From NCBI GenBank assembly GCA_001029755.1, contig CP011214.1, positions 777,258 through 819,458 on the forward strand: DNA of 42,201 bases, read 5' to 3'. Below, one piece after another: positions 9,887 to 18,588 of this stretch (its first letter is position 1; every line of letters starts with the position of its first letter). The DNA is from Candidatus Woesebacteria bacterium GW2011_GWF1_31_35. GTDB taxonomy: Bacteria; Patescibacteriota; Microgenomatia; UBA8517. The notes beneath the pieces were generated by a model that saw only the letters and a program-made list of their open reading frames with translations, did no database searches and was not told the DNA's origin. A program made the position numbers and the translations under genes.

Positions 9887-11446
9887 TCAGTCTTTTATAA
9901 AAAGTACGGCTTTAGCATCTTGTCTTTGATAATTATCTTCTGCTTTAAATGTGTATTCTCCAACAAACTTAAAATTCTTTAAAACTGTTTGAGTTTTAGG
10001 ATTATTAAACATTTCTCTCCAATTTATTCCCATATAATAGTTTTCATCGTCTATTAAATAACTTGTTAAATAAATTGCATCTATTTTATCCATAACAGGA
10101 ATAATCATTGAAGGCTCTAATGGAAACCAAACTGTTTTTCTTTCTCCATACCAACTACCCCAAGTATCAAGGTTGGTGAGAATAATATCAGAAGGATCAG
10201 TAATCTCTTTTAATTTATACGAAAGAACTGCATAAACTGGTGGTTTGTTTTTATTTATTGTTTTTACTTTAAACCTAGAATCCAAAAAAATTACTCCCAA
10301 AGTCTGTCCTATACAAAAAATAAAAACTAAAATTAAGGAAATTAACTTTACATGTTTTTTGTTTGCTAATTTTGAGACAATCTCAAATAAAGTTGCAATA
10401 GCGATTATATAAACAAAAGGTATAACTGGATGGATATATCTATAAAATGGAATAGTTAATGCAGTTATTAAAAAGGTAACTAGAGTCATGAAGATAGCTG
10501 ATATTTTAAAATTATTCTGTAATTTGTCTTTTCCCCAAGTAAACAGTCCTACAAAGAAAAGTCCCCAAAGATATGAATTTGCAATTTCTGGAAGTGCTTT
10601 ATAAAAATTATAAAGGTTATAAAAAACCTTTTTAAATACATCTATTATTGTTAATGAAGAAACTGTACCACCTCGTAATCCATCCGAAACCGCATTAAAA
10701 CTTGAATAAGTTAAAATTGACTGCATACCCCTCATAAAAATTGGTGTTACTGGAAATTTAAATGAAAGTGGATAAAGCACTAATTTATCAAACAATAATC
10801 CAATTACACCCAACCCAAAAAAGTAAACTAGTGCTTTTTTAAAACTAAATTTTAGAATTAACCAAAGAAAGATTAATCCTGCGATAAAAATAAAGGCCTG
10901 GGGACGAGAAAAGTACATTAATCCCATTACAAGAAAAAAAAGAAATGTTGTCCATCTTTTTCTTAATACTAAAAGATATGTTGCTAAAACTATCTCAAAA
11001 GCAAAAAAGGGTTCAGATGCACCAGATGTTGCATAACCGATAAAATTTAAGTTTAGTAGGACTACCAAGGAAGATAACAGCCCAACAAATGGATTAAATA
11101 TTTTCCTACCCAACAAAAACACAACCAAAGAAAGTAATAGATAAAAAGTAAAAGAAAAAGCCAGAACAGAAAAATCATTGGTTCCAAAAATATTCATAAA
11201 AAGACTCATTAAATATGGAATAAATACTGGTATTCCACTTGTACTAAAGAAACCTTCCCCCCAGAAAGAGAAGTCTGTTGAAAATCCGTTACCTAGGGCT
11301 AATTTTTTAGCAATAATTGCAAATTTTGCCCCATCTGAAAAATGTAGGTAAATATTATTTATTAAAAAATTCATTGATAGCTTTGCAAACATAATCAACC
11401 TCTTGTATTTGCATAAATGGGTGGCACGGAATGGATAGGATTTCAC
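9887..11446 (-). CDS. GT-C-fold glycosyltransferase-like membrane protein
   Basis: 519 aa. HFSDGAKFAIIAKKLALGNGF early motif; YFSRPQAF motif; soluble C-terminal domain of about 130 aa. The annotated start overlaps the upstream gene by 92 nt. Internal ATGs at 11392 or 11374 are more plausible starts. Confidence 0.55.
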   Translation of the reverse strand: MKSYPFRATHLCKYKRLIMFAKLSMNFLINNIYLHFSDGAKFAIIAKKLALGNGFSTDFSFWGEGFFSTSGIPVFIPYLMSLFMNIFGTNDFSVLAFSFTFYLLLSLVVFLLGRKIFNPFVGLLSSLVVLLNLNFIGYATSGASEPFFAFEIVLATYLLVLRKRWTTFLFFLVMGLMYFSRPQAFIFIAGLIFLWLILKFSFKKALVYFFGLGVIGLLFDKLVLYPLSFKFPVTPIFMRGMQSILTYSSFNAVSDGLRGGTVSSLTIIDVFKKVFYNLYNFYKALPEIANSYLWGLFFVGLFTWGKDKLQNNFKISAIFMTLVTFLITALTIPFYRYIHPVIPFVYIIAIATLFEIVSKLANKKHVKLISLILVFIFCIGQTLGVIFLDSRFKVKTINKNKPPVYAVLSYKLKEITDPSDIILTNLDTWGSWYGERKTVWFPLEPSMIIPVMDKIDAIYLTSYLIDDENYYMGINWREMFNNPKTQTVLKNFKFVGEYTFKAEDNYQRQDAKAVLFIKD

Positions 11447-12458
11447 TTATTAATTTTCTGGTCACTGGAATTTCTAAATTATTATACCTTCCCTTAAACA
11501 TTGGTTGATCAGGAATACTGATTGGATAATGTATTAAAGAAGGTATACCATTTTTCAATAAATATTCTTTTAATAAATCTCTTTTAGAAGTTTTAATAAC
11601 AAATAAGTGAAAATTAGAATCATCAAAATTACTGGGCAAAATCATTTTAATGTTTTCATTTTTTAACAACCTATCAACATATCTTTTTGCAATTAAACTC
11701 CTTTTATTATTATCTTTATCCAAAAACCTTAATTTTTCTCGAAGCACAGAAGCTTGAAGTTCATCTAGTCTACTATTTAAACCATATCTAGTATGCATGT
11801 ATTTAGTTTCTTGCCCATAATCTCGAAGTTGATACATAATTTTTGCCATTTTCTCATCATTTGTTGAGATAGCTCCCCCATCACCAATCGCTCCAAGATT
11901 TTTAGTGGGATAAAAACTAAAACAGGATATATCACCAAAAGTTCCTGCAATTTTACCTTTAAATTTAGTCCCATGTGCTTGGCATGCATCCTCAATTAAA
12001 AATAATTTATGCTTTTTACAAATATCATTTATTTTTTCAATCTCTAGTGGTTGCCCATAAAGGTGAACTGGCATAACCGCCTTGGTTTTTTTTGTTATTG
12101 CTTTTTCTATTAGATTTTCATCTAGTTGTCCATTTTCTTTAATATCAACAAAAATTGGAGTTGCATCAACTGCCATAATTGCAAGAGTTGTTGCAACAGC
12201 CGATAAAGGAGTTGTTATTACTTCATCGCCATTACCTATTCCAATAGCCATTAGAGAAATTTGTAATGCCTCCAAACCATTTGCAACTCCGATACAGTAT
12301 TTGGATCCTAAATATTTTGAAAATTCACCTTCAAAATTGTGAACTTCATCCCCCAAAACATATACACCTTTCTTCATAACTCTATCAAAGGCGTTTAGAT
12401 AAATACCCTTTCTTTCTTTATATTCTTTTGGAAAATCTAAATAATTGATTTTTTTCAT
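11355..12458 (-). CDS. DegT/DnrJ/EryC1/StrS-family PLP-dependent sugar aminotransferase (FdtB/QdtB-like)
   Basis: 367 aa. ANGLEALQISL, EDACQAHG and SFYPTKNLGAIGDGGAI (PLP-lysine motif). 4-nt overlap with the upstream FdtA-like gene. Confidence 0.8.
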   Translation of the reverse strand: MKKINYLDFPKEYKERKGIYLNAFDRVMKKGVYVLGDEVHNFEGEFSKYLGSKYCIGVANGLEALQISLMAIGIGNGDEVITTPLSAVATTLAIMAVDATPIFVDIKENGQLDENLIEKAITKKTKAVMPVHLYGQPLEIEKINDICKKHKLFLIEDACQAHGTKFKGKIAGTFGDISCFSFYPTKNLGAIGDGGAISTNDEKMAKIMYQLRDYGQETKYMHTRYGLNSRLDELQASVLREKLRFLDKDNNKRSLIAKRYVDRLLKNENIKMILPSNFDDSNFHLFVIKTSKRDLLKEYLLKNGIPSLIHYPISIPDQPMFKGRYNNLEIPVTRKLISEILSIPCHPFMQIQEVDYVCKAINEFFNK

Positions 12459-12874
12459 TTATATATTGATTTTAAGAAATCTTCATAATTTCTAACATAA
12501 TCACTTTCTACATGCCTTTTGGAAGCAAGTACTAGAAGTATAGTATTTTTTTTGAAATCTGACATCTCATGCCAAACACCAGGTTCCAAAATAACACCTA
12601 CGTTGGGTTTATCTAAGTGTATTGTCTCTTTATTCTTACTGTCATCTAGAATTATATCAATTGATCCTTGTATGCAAAAGATTGCTTGCACTGTCTCCTT
12701 ATGAGTATGTGCACCTCTAACTGCACCTTCAGATACACCATAAATAAAATAAACTCTTTCAATTTTAAAAGGGATTTGATTAAGGTATTGTAACTGACAA
12801 AGTGATCCGTCAGTTGTCATTAATGGAGCTTCAATTAATTTTGCTAGTTTCTTAGCCATCCTTTTATTTTCCAA
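12455..12874 (-). CDS. WxcM/FdtA-type cupin, dTDP-4-keto-6-deoxyhexose 3,4-ketoisomerase-like
   Basis: 139 aa. GSLCQLQYLNQIPFKIERVYFIYGV...RGAHTHK matches the FdtA/QdtA pattern including the His-x-His pair. Sits directly upstream of a DegT aminotransferase. Confidence 0.7.
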   Translation of the reverse strand: MENKRMAKKLAKLIEAPLMTTDGSLCQLQYLNQIPFKIERVYFIYGVSEGAVRGAHTHKETVQAIFCIQGSIDIILDDSKNKETIHLDKPNVGVILEPGVWHEMSDFKKNTILLVLASKRHVESDYVRNYEDFLKSIYK

Positions 12875-13830
12875 TAGAAAGGACCAAAGTATTTGGCCAA
12901 TCTTTGCCTCAACATCTGTGTTTTATTTTCATTATTTTGTGGAGGTTTAATTTCAAAATTTGTATCATATTTTTTGACAATTGCGTATTGTTTTCTCAAT
13001 TCCTCTTCATATGGTTTATATATATTATTAACAATATCGCTAGATAAAGTATAACCTAATACCCTACTGAAGTGATCTGGTCCCAATATTTGGAACTGGT
13101 GAAAATGATAACAAATTAGTTTTTCATTATTAAGAAAGACGTTTTCATTTTTATTACTTACTTTGTATTGAAATATATTCCATGGTGCAGCGTCCACACC
13201 GATATTTTTTGAAATTATCAAATTATCTTTATATAATTTTGGCCACTCATCTAAATACATTTGATCTCCTAATTTTCCATCTTCAAGTTTCCAATAACAC
13301 CAATCAATACACTGTTCTCTCCACCTTTTTAGACACTTGATTCCGATTTCATCTTTTCTAAAAACATTAAATGCTACATTAAATCTTCCCGCACTTTTAG
13401 ATAAGTGTTCTCTACCTTTAGGAAAACGGTGCTCAACTGCAAGTATAGATTTATCTTTTATTTCGTTTACTGCGAGAGTAGATGAAGAATAAAAATATAA
13501 ATCACCATCTAAATATACTACTAATTTAGTAGATGGATTTTGGTTAAAAACATAAAGAGGCCAAGAAGGAGTACATGTCCAAATATATTCAACTCTACTT
13601 CTAGTGTGTTTTATAGCTTTTAGGTCTTTATCTTCGAAATCACTAAATGGTACAACAGTTACTCCTTTTAGTTTCATTTTATTTAAAATCTCTTCGGTAT
13701 ATTTATCAAACGCAAGAACCCAAAGTTTTGCGTTTGGGTTGTGCTTAATTAAAGATGAACGGAGTGCTAAACCTTTTAGTAAAAAGTTTATATCGAAGTA
13801 AGTGCAAAATATAATTTCATCGTTCTTCAT
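12844..13830 (-). CDS. Putative GT-A-fold glycosyltransferase (GT8-like nucleotide-diphospho-sugar transferase)
   Basis: 328 aa, soluble. Starts IIFCTYFDINFLLKGLAL. VVYLDGDLYF at the DxD position; GDQMYLDEW. The family assignment is approximate. Confidence 0.45.
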   Translation of the reverse strand: MKNDEIIFCTYFDINFLLKGLALRSSLIKHNPNAKLWVLAFDKYTEEILNKMKLKGVTVVPFSDFEDKDLKAIKHTRSRVEYIWTCTPSWPLYVFNQNPSTKLVVYLDGDLYFYSSSTLAVNEIKDKSILAVEHRFPKGREHLSKSAGRFNVAFNVFRKDEIGIKCLKRWREQCIDWCYWKLEDGKLGDQMYLDEWPKLYKDNLIISKNIGVDAAPWNIFQYKVSNKNENVFLNNEKLICYHFHQFQILGPDHFSRVLGYTLSSDIVNNIYKPYEEELRKQYAIVKKYDTNFEIKPPQNNENKTQMLRQRLAKYFGPFYWKIKGWLRN

Positions 13831-13852
13831 ATATTATGAAATATATTATAAC

Positions 13853-14455
13853 TTATTGAAACCTTGTGTCTATCATAAATGTAGGCATCCCATTTTTAAA
13901 CCACTCAATAATTGGTTTATGTTGTTCAATAACCATGGCTAATTTTTCATTTGTAATTTCAACAAAATCAGATTGAAGTAATCCCATCTGTTTTTCATCA
14001 AGTAGAATCATAAATAAAAGAGTATCTGCAACAGTTTTTCTTTCTGGTTCAGGATATTTTGCAAACGCGACCAACCTTGTATTTTTTAAAAGACTATCAA
14101 TATTTACCTCTTCGTTAGATATTTCATTTCTTAACAAGAAAGGTAATATTTCATCACTTTTCTTATTACCAACAAATGAACCAGGTATGTGAAGTTTTCC
14201 ATCCCATTCTAATTCACCATTTCTAGCTGTACTATCTTTTCTAATTTTTAAAACAGGGTTACCATTTGGGCTAACAAGAAAAAGTTCGGCACATAAATAT
14301 GAGCCCGAAGCTTCTAATAATTTTAACCAAACCTCTTTTGGTAAATTTCCATTATTTTCATTTCTCTCTTTGACTATTCTATTTGTAATATCCGTAAATA
14401 AATTTAAGAATTCAGATGAAGAAATATCCATATCTTTATAATCTGTATTTTCCAT
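13853..14455 (-). CDS. Hypothetical protein, possibly a degenerate Nudix fold
   Basis: 200 aa; first gene of the fdt block. WDGKLHIPGSFVGNKKSDEILPFLLRNEISNEE resembles a Nudix box in spacing, but the REUxEE core is not conserved. Confidence 0.25.
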   Translation of the reverse strand: MENTDYKDMDISSSEFLNLFTDITNRIVKERNENNGNLPKEVWLKLLEASGSYLCAELFLVSPNGNPVLKIRKDSTARNGELEWDGKLHIPGSFVGNKKSDEILPFLLRNEISNEEVNIDSLLKNTRLVAFAKYPEPERKTVADTLLFMILLDEKQMGLLQSDFVEITNEKLAMVIEQHKPIIEWFKNGMPTFMIDTRFQ

Positions 14456-14545
14456 AGTTTCATTTTAACACAACGATTATTCAATTTAAATCTAGGTAAT
14501 ATATAAATTGTATTTTCTTACATAGATGAAATAAATGGCTTTGTC
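14456..14545. promoter_or_regulatory. Divergent intergenic region (fdt block / wzm-wzt block)
   Basis: 90-nt spacer. TATAAA at 14554-14559 lies 5-10 nt upstream of the ATG at 14564. Confidence 0.25.
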
Positions 14546-15388
14546 TTGTATCATATAAAGATAATGTCAAGTATAACTACAATAACACCAAAAACAAATC
14601 CTTTTGATATCAACTGGAAAGAAATTTGGGAAAGCAAAGATTTGTTTTATTTTTTAACCTGGAGAGATATTAAAATTCGTTACAAGCAAACAATACTAGG
14701 GGTTTTGTGGATTATTTTACAACCACTAATTTCAATGGTTATTTTTACAATTGTTTTTGGAAATTTTGCTAAAATTCCATCAGATAATATCCCATATCCA
14801 ATATTTGTGTTTATTGGTTTGTTATTCTGGCAATTTTTTTCTTCTATATTAAATAGCTCTGCAAACAGTCTTGTTTCAAACGAAAGTATTATTAAAAAGG
14901 TTTATTTTCCCAGAATAATGGCTCCAATTTCATCAACATTTGCCCACCTTATTGATATGATTCCAACTATCATTATTTTATTTGGGCTTTTAATTTATTA
15001 TAAAGTAAGTCTTACAATTGAATCATTAATTTTTTTACCACTCCTTCTGATGTTAGTTTTGTTCTTTGCTTTGGGTATAGGAATGTTTCTTGCCCCATTA
15101 AATGCAAAGTTTAGAGATATTAGATATATACTTCCATTTTTTATACAACTAGGAATGTATGCCACTCCTGTAATATATCCCTCAAGTTTATTCGGTGGAT
15201 CAATGAGATATATAAGAATATTTAATCCCATTGCTGAGGCAATTGAAGTTACAAGAATGTCTTTTTTTACAGTTAGAACCATGGATTGGCCAATTCTTAT
15301 ATTATCAATTGTGATTACGTTTCTAACATTTTTAATTGGATTTTATTTTTTCAGAAAACAGGAAAGTAATTTTATTGACATACTATGA
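14546..15388 (+). CDS. wzm: ABC-2-type polysaccharide export permease (Wzm/TagG-like)
   Basis: 280 aa, 6 hydrophobic helices. LTWRDIKIRYKQTILGVLWIILQP is the classic ABC-2 N-terminal motif. The annotated start is TTG; an ATG at 14564 (MSSITT) is likely. 4-nt overlap with wzt. Confidence 0.8.
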   Translation: MYHIKIMSSITTITPKTNPFDINWKEIWESKDLFYFLTWRDIKIRYKQTILGVLWIILQPLISMVIFTIVFGNFAKIPSDNIPYPIFVFIGLLFWQFFSSILNSSANSLVSNESIIKKVYFPRIMAPISSTFAHLIDMIPTIIILFGLLIYYKVSLTIESLIFLPLLLMLVLFFALGIGMFLAPLNAKFRDIRYILPFFIQLGMYATPVIYPSSLFGGSMRYIRIFNPIAEAIEVTRMSFFTVRTMDWPILILSIVITFLTFLIGFYFFRKQESNFIDIL

Positions 15389-16638
15389 ACAAAGATATAG
15401 CAATAGAGGTAAAAAATTTAAGCAAAAAGTATAAGATAGGTATTTCAAACCCAAGTTACTATACATTAAGAGATTTAATATCAGATATACCGAAAGCAAT
15501 TAAAGATGGTTTTAAGAAGGGGGTTAAAAAAGAAGAAATATTTTGGGCTTTAAATGATATATCTTTTTCTCTTAAAAAGGGTGAAGTTTTGGGAATAATA
15601 GGTAAAAATGGGGCTGGGAAATCTACTTTACTTAAAATTCTTGCCAGAATCGTTCCTCCTACTCATGGATCTATTGAAATTTCAGGCAAGGTTTCAAGCA
15701 TGCTTGAAGTAGGAACTGGATTTAATCCAGAGTTAACGGGAAGAGAAAATATATATCTAAATGGTGCCATTTTAGGTATGAAAAAGGCACAAATTGATAA
15801 AAATCTGAATAAAATTATTGATTTTTCTGGAGTTAGAAAATTTATAGATACCCCAGTAAAAAGATACTCCAGCGGGATGCAAGTAAGACTTGCATTTTCA
15901 GTAGCTGCCCATCTTAAACCCCAGATTCTTCTTCTTGATGAAGTTTTATCTGTTGGAGATATGGCATTCCAACGAAAATCACTTGCAAAAATGTATTCTA
16001 TTACTAAAAACGAGGGTACTACTGCAGTTTTTGTAAGTCATGATTTAAATTCTGTGGATATGTTGTGTGATAAAGCGATACTTCTGGATGATGGAAAAAT
16101 TGTAAGTTTTGGGAAAACAAGAAAAGTTATCTCTGATTACGTAAAGGATTTTTATGAAAGCAGGAAGAAGGTAAAATTAAACACATCAAGAAGATCAGGA
16201 CCAGGACCATTAAGAATAATTAAATTTTGGATCGAAAACATGAAAGGCCAAAAAATTGTAACACCATTTAACGGAAAGCCATGCAAATTTGTTTTTGAAT
16301 ATAAATCAACCGACAATTTACCTCAAAAAGATGTAGACTTTGGTTTTTCGGTTCACACACTTACAAGACAGGCTCTATTCCTTCACTATTTTTCTTTTAC
16401 AAACCAAGTTATGGAAAAGTGTCCTGCAGCTGGAAGATTCTATTTTCAATTTGACAAACTTCCGTTAGCACAAGGAAGCTATATTATTGCAACTCGAATA
16501 TTAATTGGAGATAAGGAGGTAGACTATGTACCCGACGCATCCGAATTTTCTGTAGACGAAGGCGATTTCTACAAAACAGGGCTACCTGTTAGACAGAAAC
16601 ACAGTCCGTTTTATGTGGATGGCCACTGGTTATTTTAA
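15385..16638 (+). CDS. wzt: ABC polysaccharide exporter ATPase with an extra C-terminal beta-rich domain (Wzt/TagH-like)
   Basis: 417 aa. Walker A GKNGAGKST, signature YSSGMQVRLAF, Walker B ILLLDEVLSVGD. The extra domain of about 150 aa (approx. 16177-16635) occupies the position of Wzt C-terminal carbohydrate-binding modules. Confidence 0.85.
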   Translation: MNKDIAIEVKNLSKKYKIGISNPSYYTLRDLISDIPKAIKDGFKKGVKKEEIFWALNDISFSLKKGEVLGIIGKNGAGKSTLLKILARIVPPTHGSIEISGKVSSMLEVGTGFNPELTGRENIYLNGAILGMKKAQIDKNLNKIIDFSGVRKFIDTPVKRYSSGMQVRLAFSVAAHLKPQILLLDEVLSVGDMAFQRKSLAKMYSITKNEGTTAVFVSHDLNSVDMLCDKAILLDDGKIVSFGKTRKVISDYVKDFYESRKKVKLNTSRRSGPGPLRIIKFWIENMKGQKIVTPFNGKPCKFVFEYKSTDNLPQKDVDFGFSVHTLTRQALFLHYFSFTNQVMEKCPAAGRFYFQFDKLPLAQGSYIIATRILIGDKEVDYVPDASEFSVDEGDFYKTGLPVRQKHSPFYVDGHWLF

Positions 16639-16644
16639 CAAGAG

Positions 16645-18576
16645 ATGAAAAACAAAGTATTTATTGTTATTCCTGTCCACAATCGAATTAATTATACAAA
16701 AAAATGTTTGCACTCATTAGAAGGACAAACTTACAAAAATTTTGAGATAATTATTGTCGACGACGGATCCACAGATGGCACAGAAAAATATATTAAAAAT
16801 AAATATCCTTTTTGGACAGTCTTAAAAGAAAATGGTGATCTTTGGTGGACTAAATCAATACATAGGGGTATTTGTTATGCTTTGAATTATTCAAAAAAAG
16901 GTGATTTTATACTGTCATTAAATAATGATTGTTATGCAAAAAAGAATTATCTTGAGAATATTATAAATTCAAGTTTAAAAAATAAACGATCGATAGTAGG
17001 TTCATTTGTAGTCGACGCGAAAAACCCTAAAAAAATTATAGAATCAGGTATCAAAATAGACTGGTCGAAACACTCAATTACTGGGGTAGTTAATAAATTT
17101 AAAGATTTAGATAAACATATAAATTCCAATAACATAATAATTCAAATTGATACACTACCAGGCAAGGGAACTCTCATTCCCATAGAAGTTGTTGAAAAAG
17201 CTGGTAATTTTAATTACAAAAGACTTCCTCATTATATCTCTGACTATGAATTTTTTATTCGAGCAAAAAGATACGGATTTAATTTAATAGTATCTATTGA
17301 TTCAAAACTTTACAATTTTTCTAAAGCAACTGGCACCACACACCTTGCAAATTTTAAATCTAGTTACAAAGAAGTTTTACATGCTCTCTTTGCAAGAAAA
17401 TCTAAACTTAACATTGTTGATTATTTAAATTTTATTCTACTATCGTGCCCAAAAAAATATCTATATATTAATCTTAAACATTTTATGTCAAGAATATTAT
17501 ATTTTATTTTCAATCTTTTTCCATTTTGTTATGTAGGATTAATTGTATCTAAAATTTCTCTATTCTTTCATAATTTACCAATTGTAATTAAACAATTAAA
17601 TAAGCAATCAATAGGTAAATATAAATGCAAAATCTGTCATGGTTGTACATATCTTAAACACAAAGGCTTATTTGACGATAGACATGGATATCCCAAAAAA
17701 TTTGATATTTATAAATGTTTCAATTGTGGTTTTATACAAACGCAACCTCAACTATCTTTCGAGGAATTATCAGATATCTATACTAATTATTATCCAAAAA
17801 GAGATGCTGATATAGACGGTATTATTGATAGTGCAAAAAATATACCAAATAAAAATACTATTTTAAAAAATGGGTGGAGTACTACTTGTCATTATCAAAC
17901 AAAAACAGGTCAAAAAGTACTTGATGTCGGCTGTGGCACATGCCAATCATTACTTGAAATTAAAAGATTCGGCGGAAAAGCTTGGGGAATTGACCCTGAT
18001 AGAAATTCAAGGGAAGTTGCTAAAAAACTAAAATTAAATTTTCATTTAGGTACGATTCATGATTTTAATGCTAAAGAGAAGTTCTTTAATTTAATTACAG
18101 TTTCTCAAGTCTTGGAACACGAAGCTGATCCATTATTATTTTTACTAGAATGTAAAAAATATCTAAACAATTCAGGCAAGATAATTCTTAGTTTTCCTAA
18201 CACTGGTTCACTATCACAAAATATCTATGGCAAAAAGTGGATTCATTGGCATATTCCCTATCACTTGAATCATTTTAATAGAAAATCATTTGTTACTTTG
18301 GCTCAAAAGGCTGAATTAAAAATAGATTCGATAAAAACTGTCACACCGAATCTGTGGACAATCCTTCAAATTAAATTTACCCTGAACAATATCCGAAGGG
18401 GGCAAAGGGATTCAATGTGGGACAGTGGAAACAAGAACACTAAAATAATTAAGGTTTCAAGAAAAAAACAACTACTGTTAAAATTAATACCTTTAGTAAA
18501 TAATTTACTTTTTTTTAACAGGATAATTGATCTTTTGAATATGGGTGATAGTTTTGTAGTTACTCTTAAAAAATAA
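16645..18576 (+). CDS. Fusion protein: GT2 glycosyltransferase + TM hairpin + 4-Cys zinc ribbon + class I SAM methyltransferase
   Basis: 643 aa. VIPVHNRINYTKKCLHSLEGQTY..IIIVDDGSTDGT and SDYEFFIRAKRYGF give the GT2 part. Hydrophobic segment around aa 255-315. CKIC..x26..CFNC at 17626-17728. VLDVGCGTC is motif I, and VSQVLEHEADP follows. Confidence 0.75.
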   Translation: MKNKVFIVIPVHNRINYTKKCLHSLEGQTYKNFEIIIVDDGSTDGTEKYIKNKYPFWTVLKENGDLWWTKSIHRGICYALNYSKKGDFILSLNNDCYAKKNYLENIINSSLKNKRSIVGSFVVDAKNPKKIIESGIKIDWSKHSITGVVNKFKDLDKHINSNNIIIQIDTLPGKGTLIPIEVVEKAGNFNYKRLPHYISDYEFFIRAKRYGFNLIVSIDSKLYNFSKATGTTHLANFKSSYKEVLHALFARKSKLNIVDYLNFILLSCPKKYLYINLKHFMSRILYFIFNLFPFCYVGLIVSKISLFFHNLPIVIKQLNKQSIGKYKCKICHGCTYLKHKGLFDDRHGYPKKFDIYKCFNCGFIQTQPQLSFEELSDIYTNYYPKRDADIDGIIDSAKNIPNKNTILKNGWSTTCHYQTKTGQKVLDVGCGTCQSLLEIKRFGGKAWGIDPDRNSREVAKKLKLNFHLGTIHDFNAKEKFFNLITVSQVLEHEADPLLFLLECKKYLNNSGKIILSFPNTGSLSQNIYGKKWIHWHIPYHLNHFNRKSFVTLAQKAELKIDSIKTVTPNLWTILQIKFTLNNIRRGQRDSMWDSGNKNTKIIKVSRKKQLLLKLIPLVNNLLFFNRIIDLLNMGDSFVVTLKK

Positions 18577-18588
18577 TTACTTATCTTT

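Noticed and set aside
9887-11446. A 92-nt overlap between the GT-C ORF and the upstream aminotransferase gene could reflect programmed overlap or frameshifting.
   Set aside because: In-frame ATGs at 11392 and 11374 give normal short overlaps. The first 18-24 residues of the long form (MKSYPFRATHLCKYKRLI) have no counterpart in the paralogs. This is most likely over-extension of the ORF.
16380-16640. The Wzt C-terminal domain has visibly higher GC (about 42% in lines counted by hand) than the neighbouring membrane-protein genes (13-25%). This suggested a horizontally swapped specificity domain.
   Set aside because: Other soluble conserved enzymes in the window reach similar values in hand counts: the wzt nucleotide-binding domain reaches about 32-40% and fcl about 45%. 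The contrast therefore tracks amino-acid composition (soluble versus Phe/Ile/Leu/Lys-rich membrane proteins) rather than foreign origin. A proper sliding-window GC and codon-usage analysis would be needed to revive the idea.
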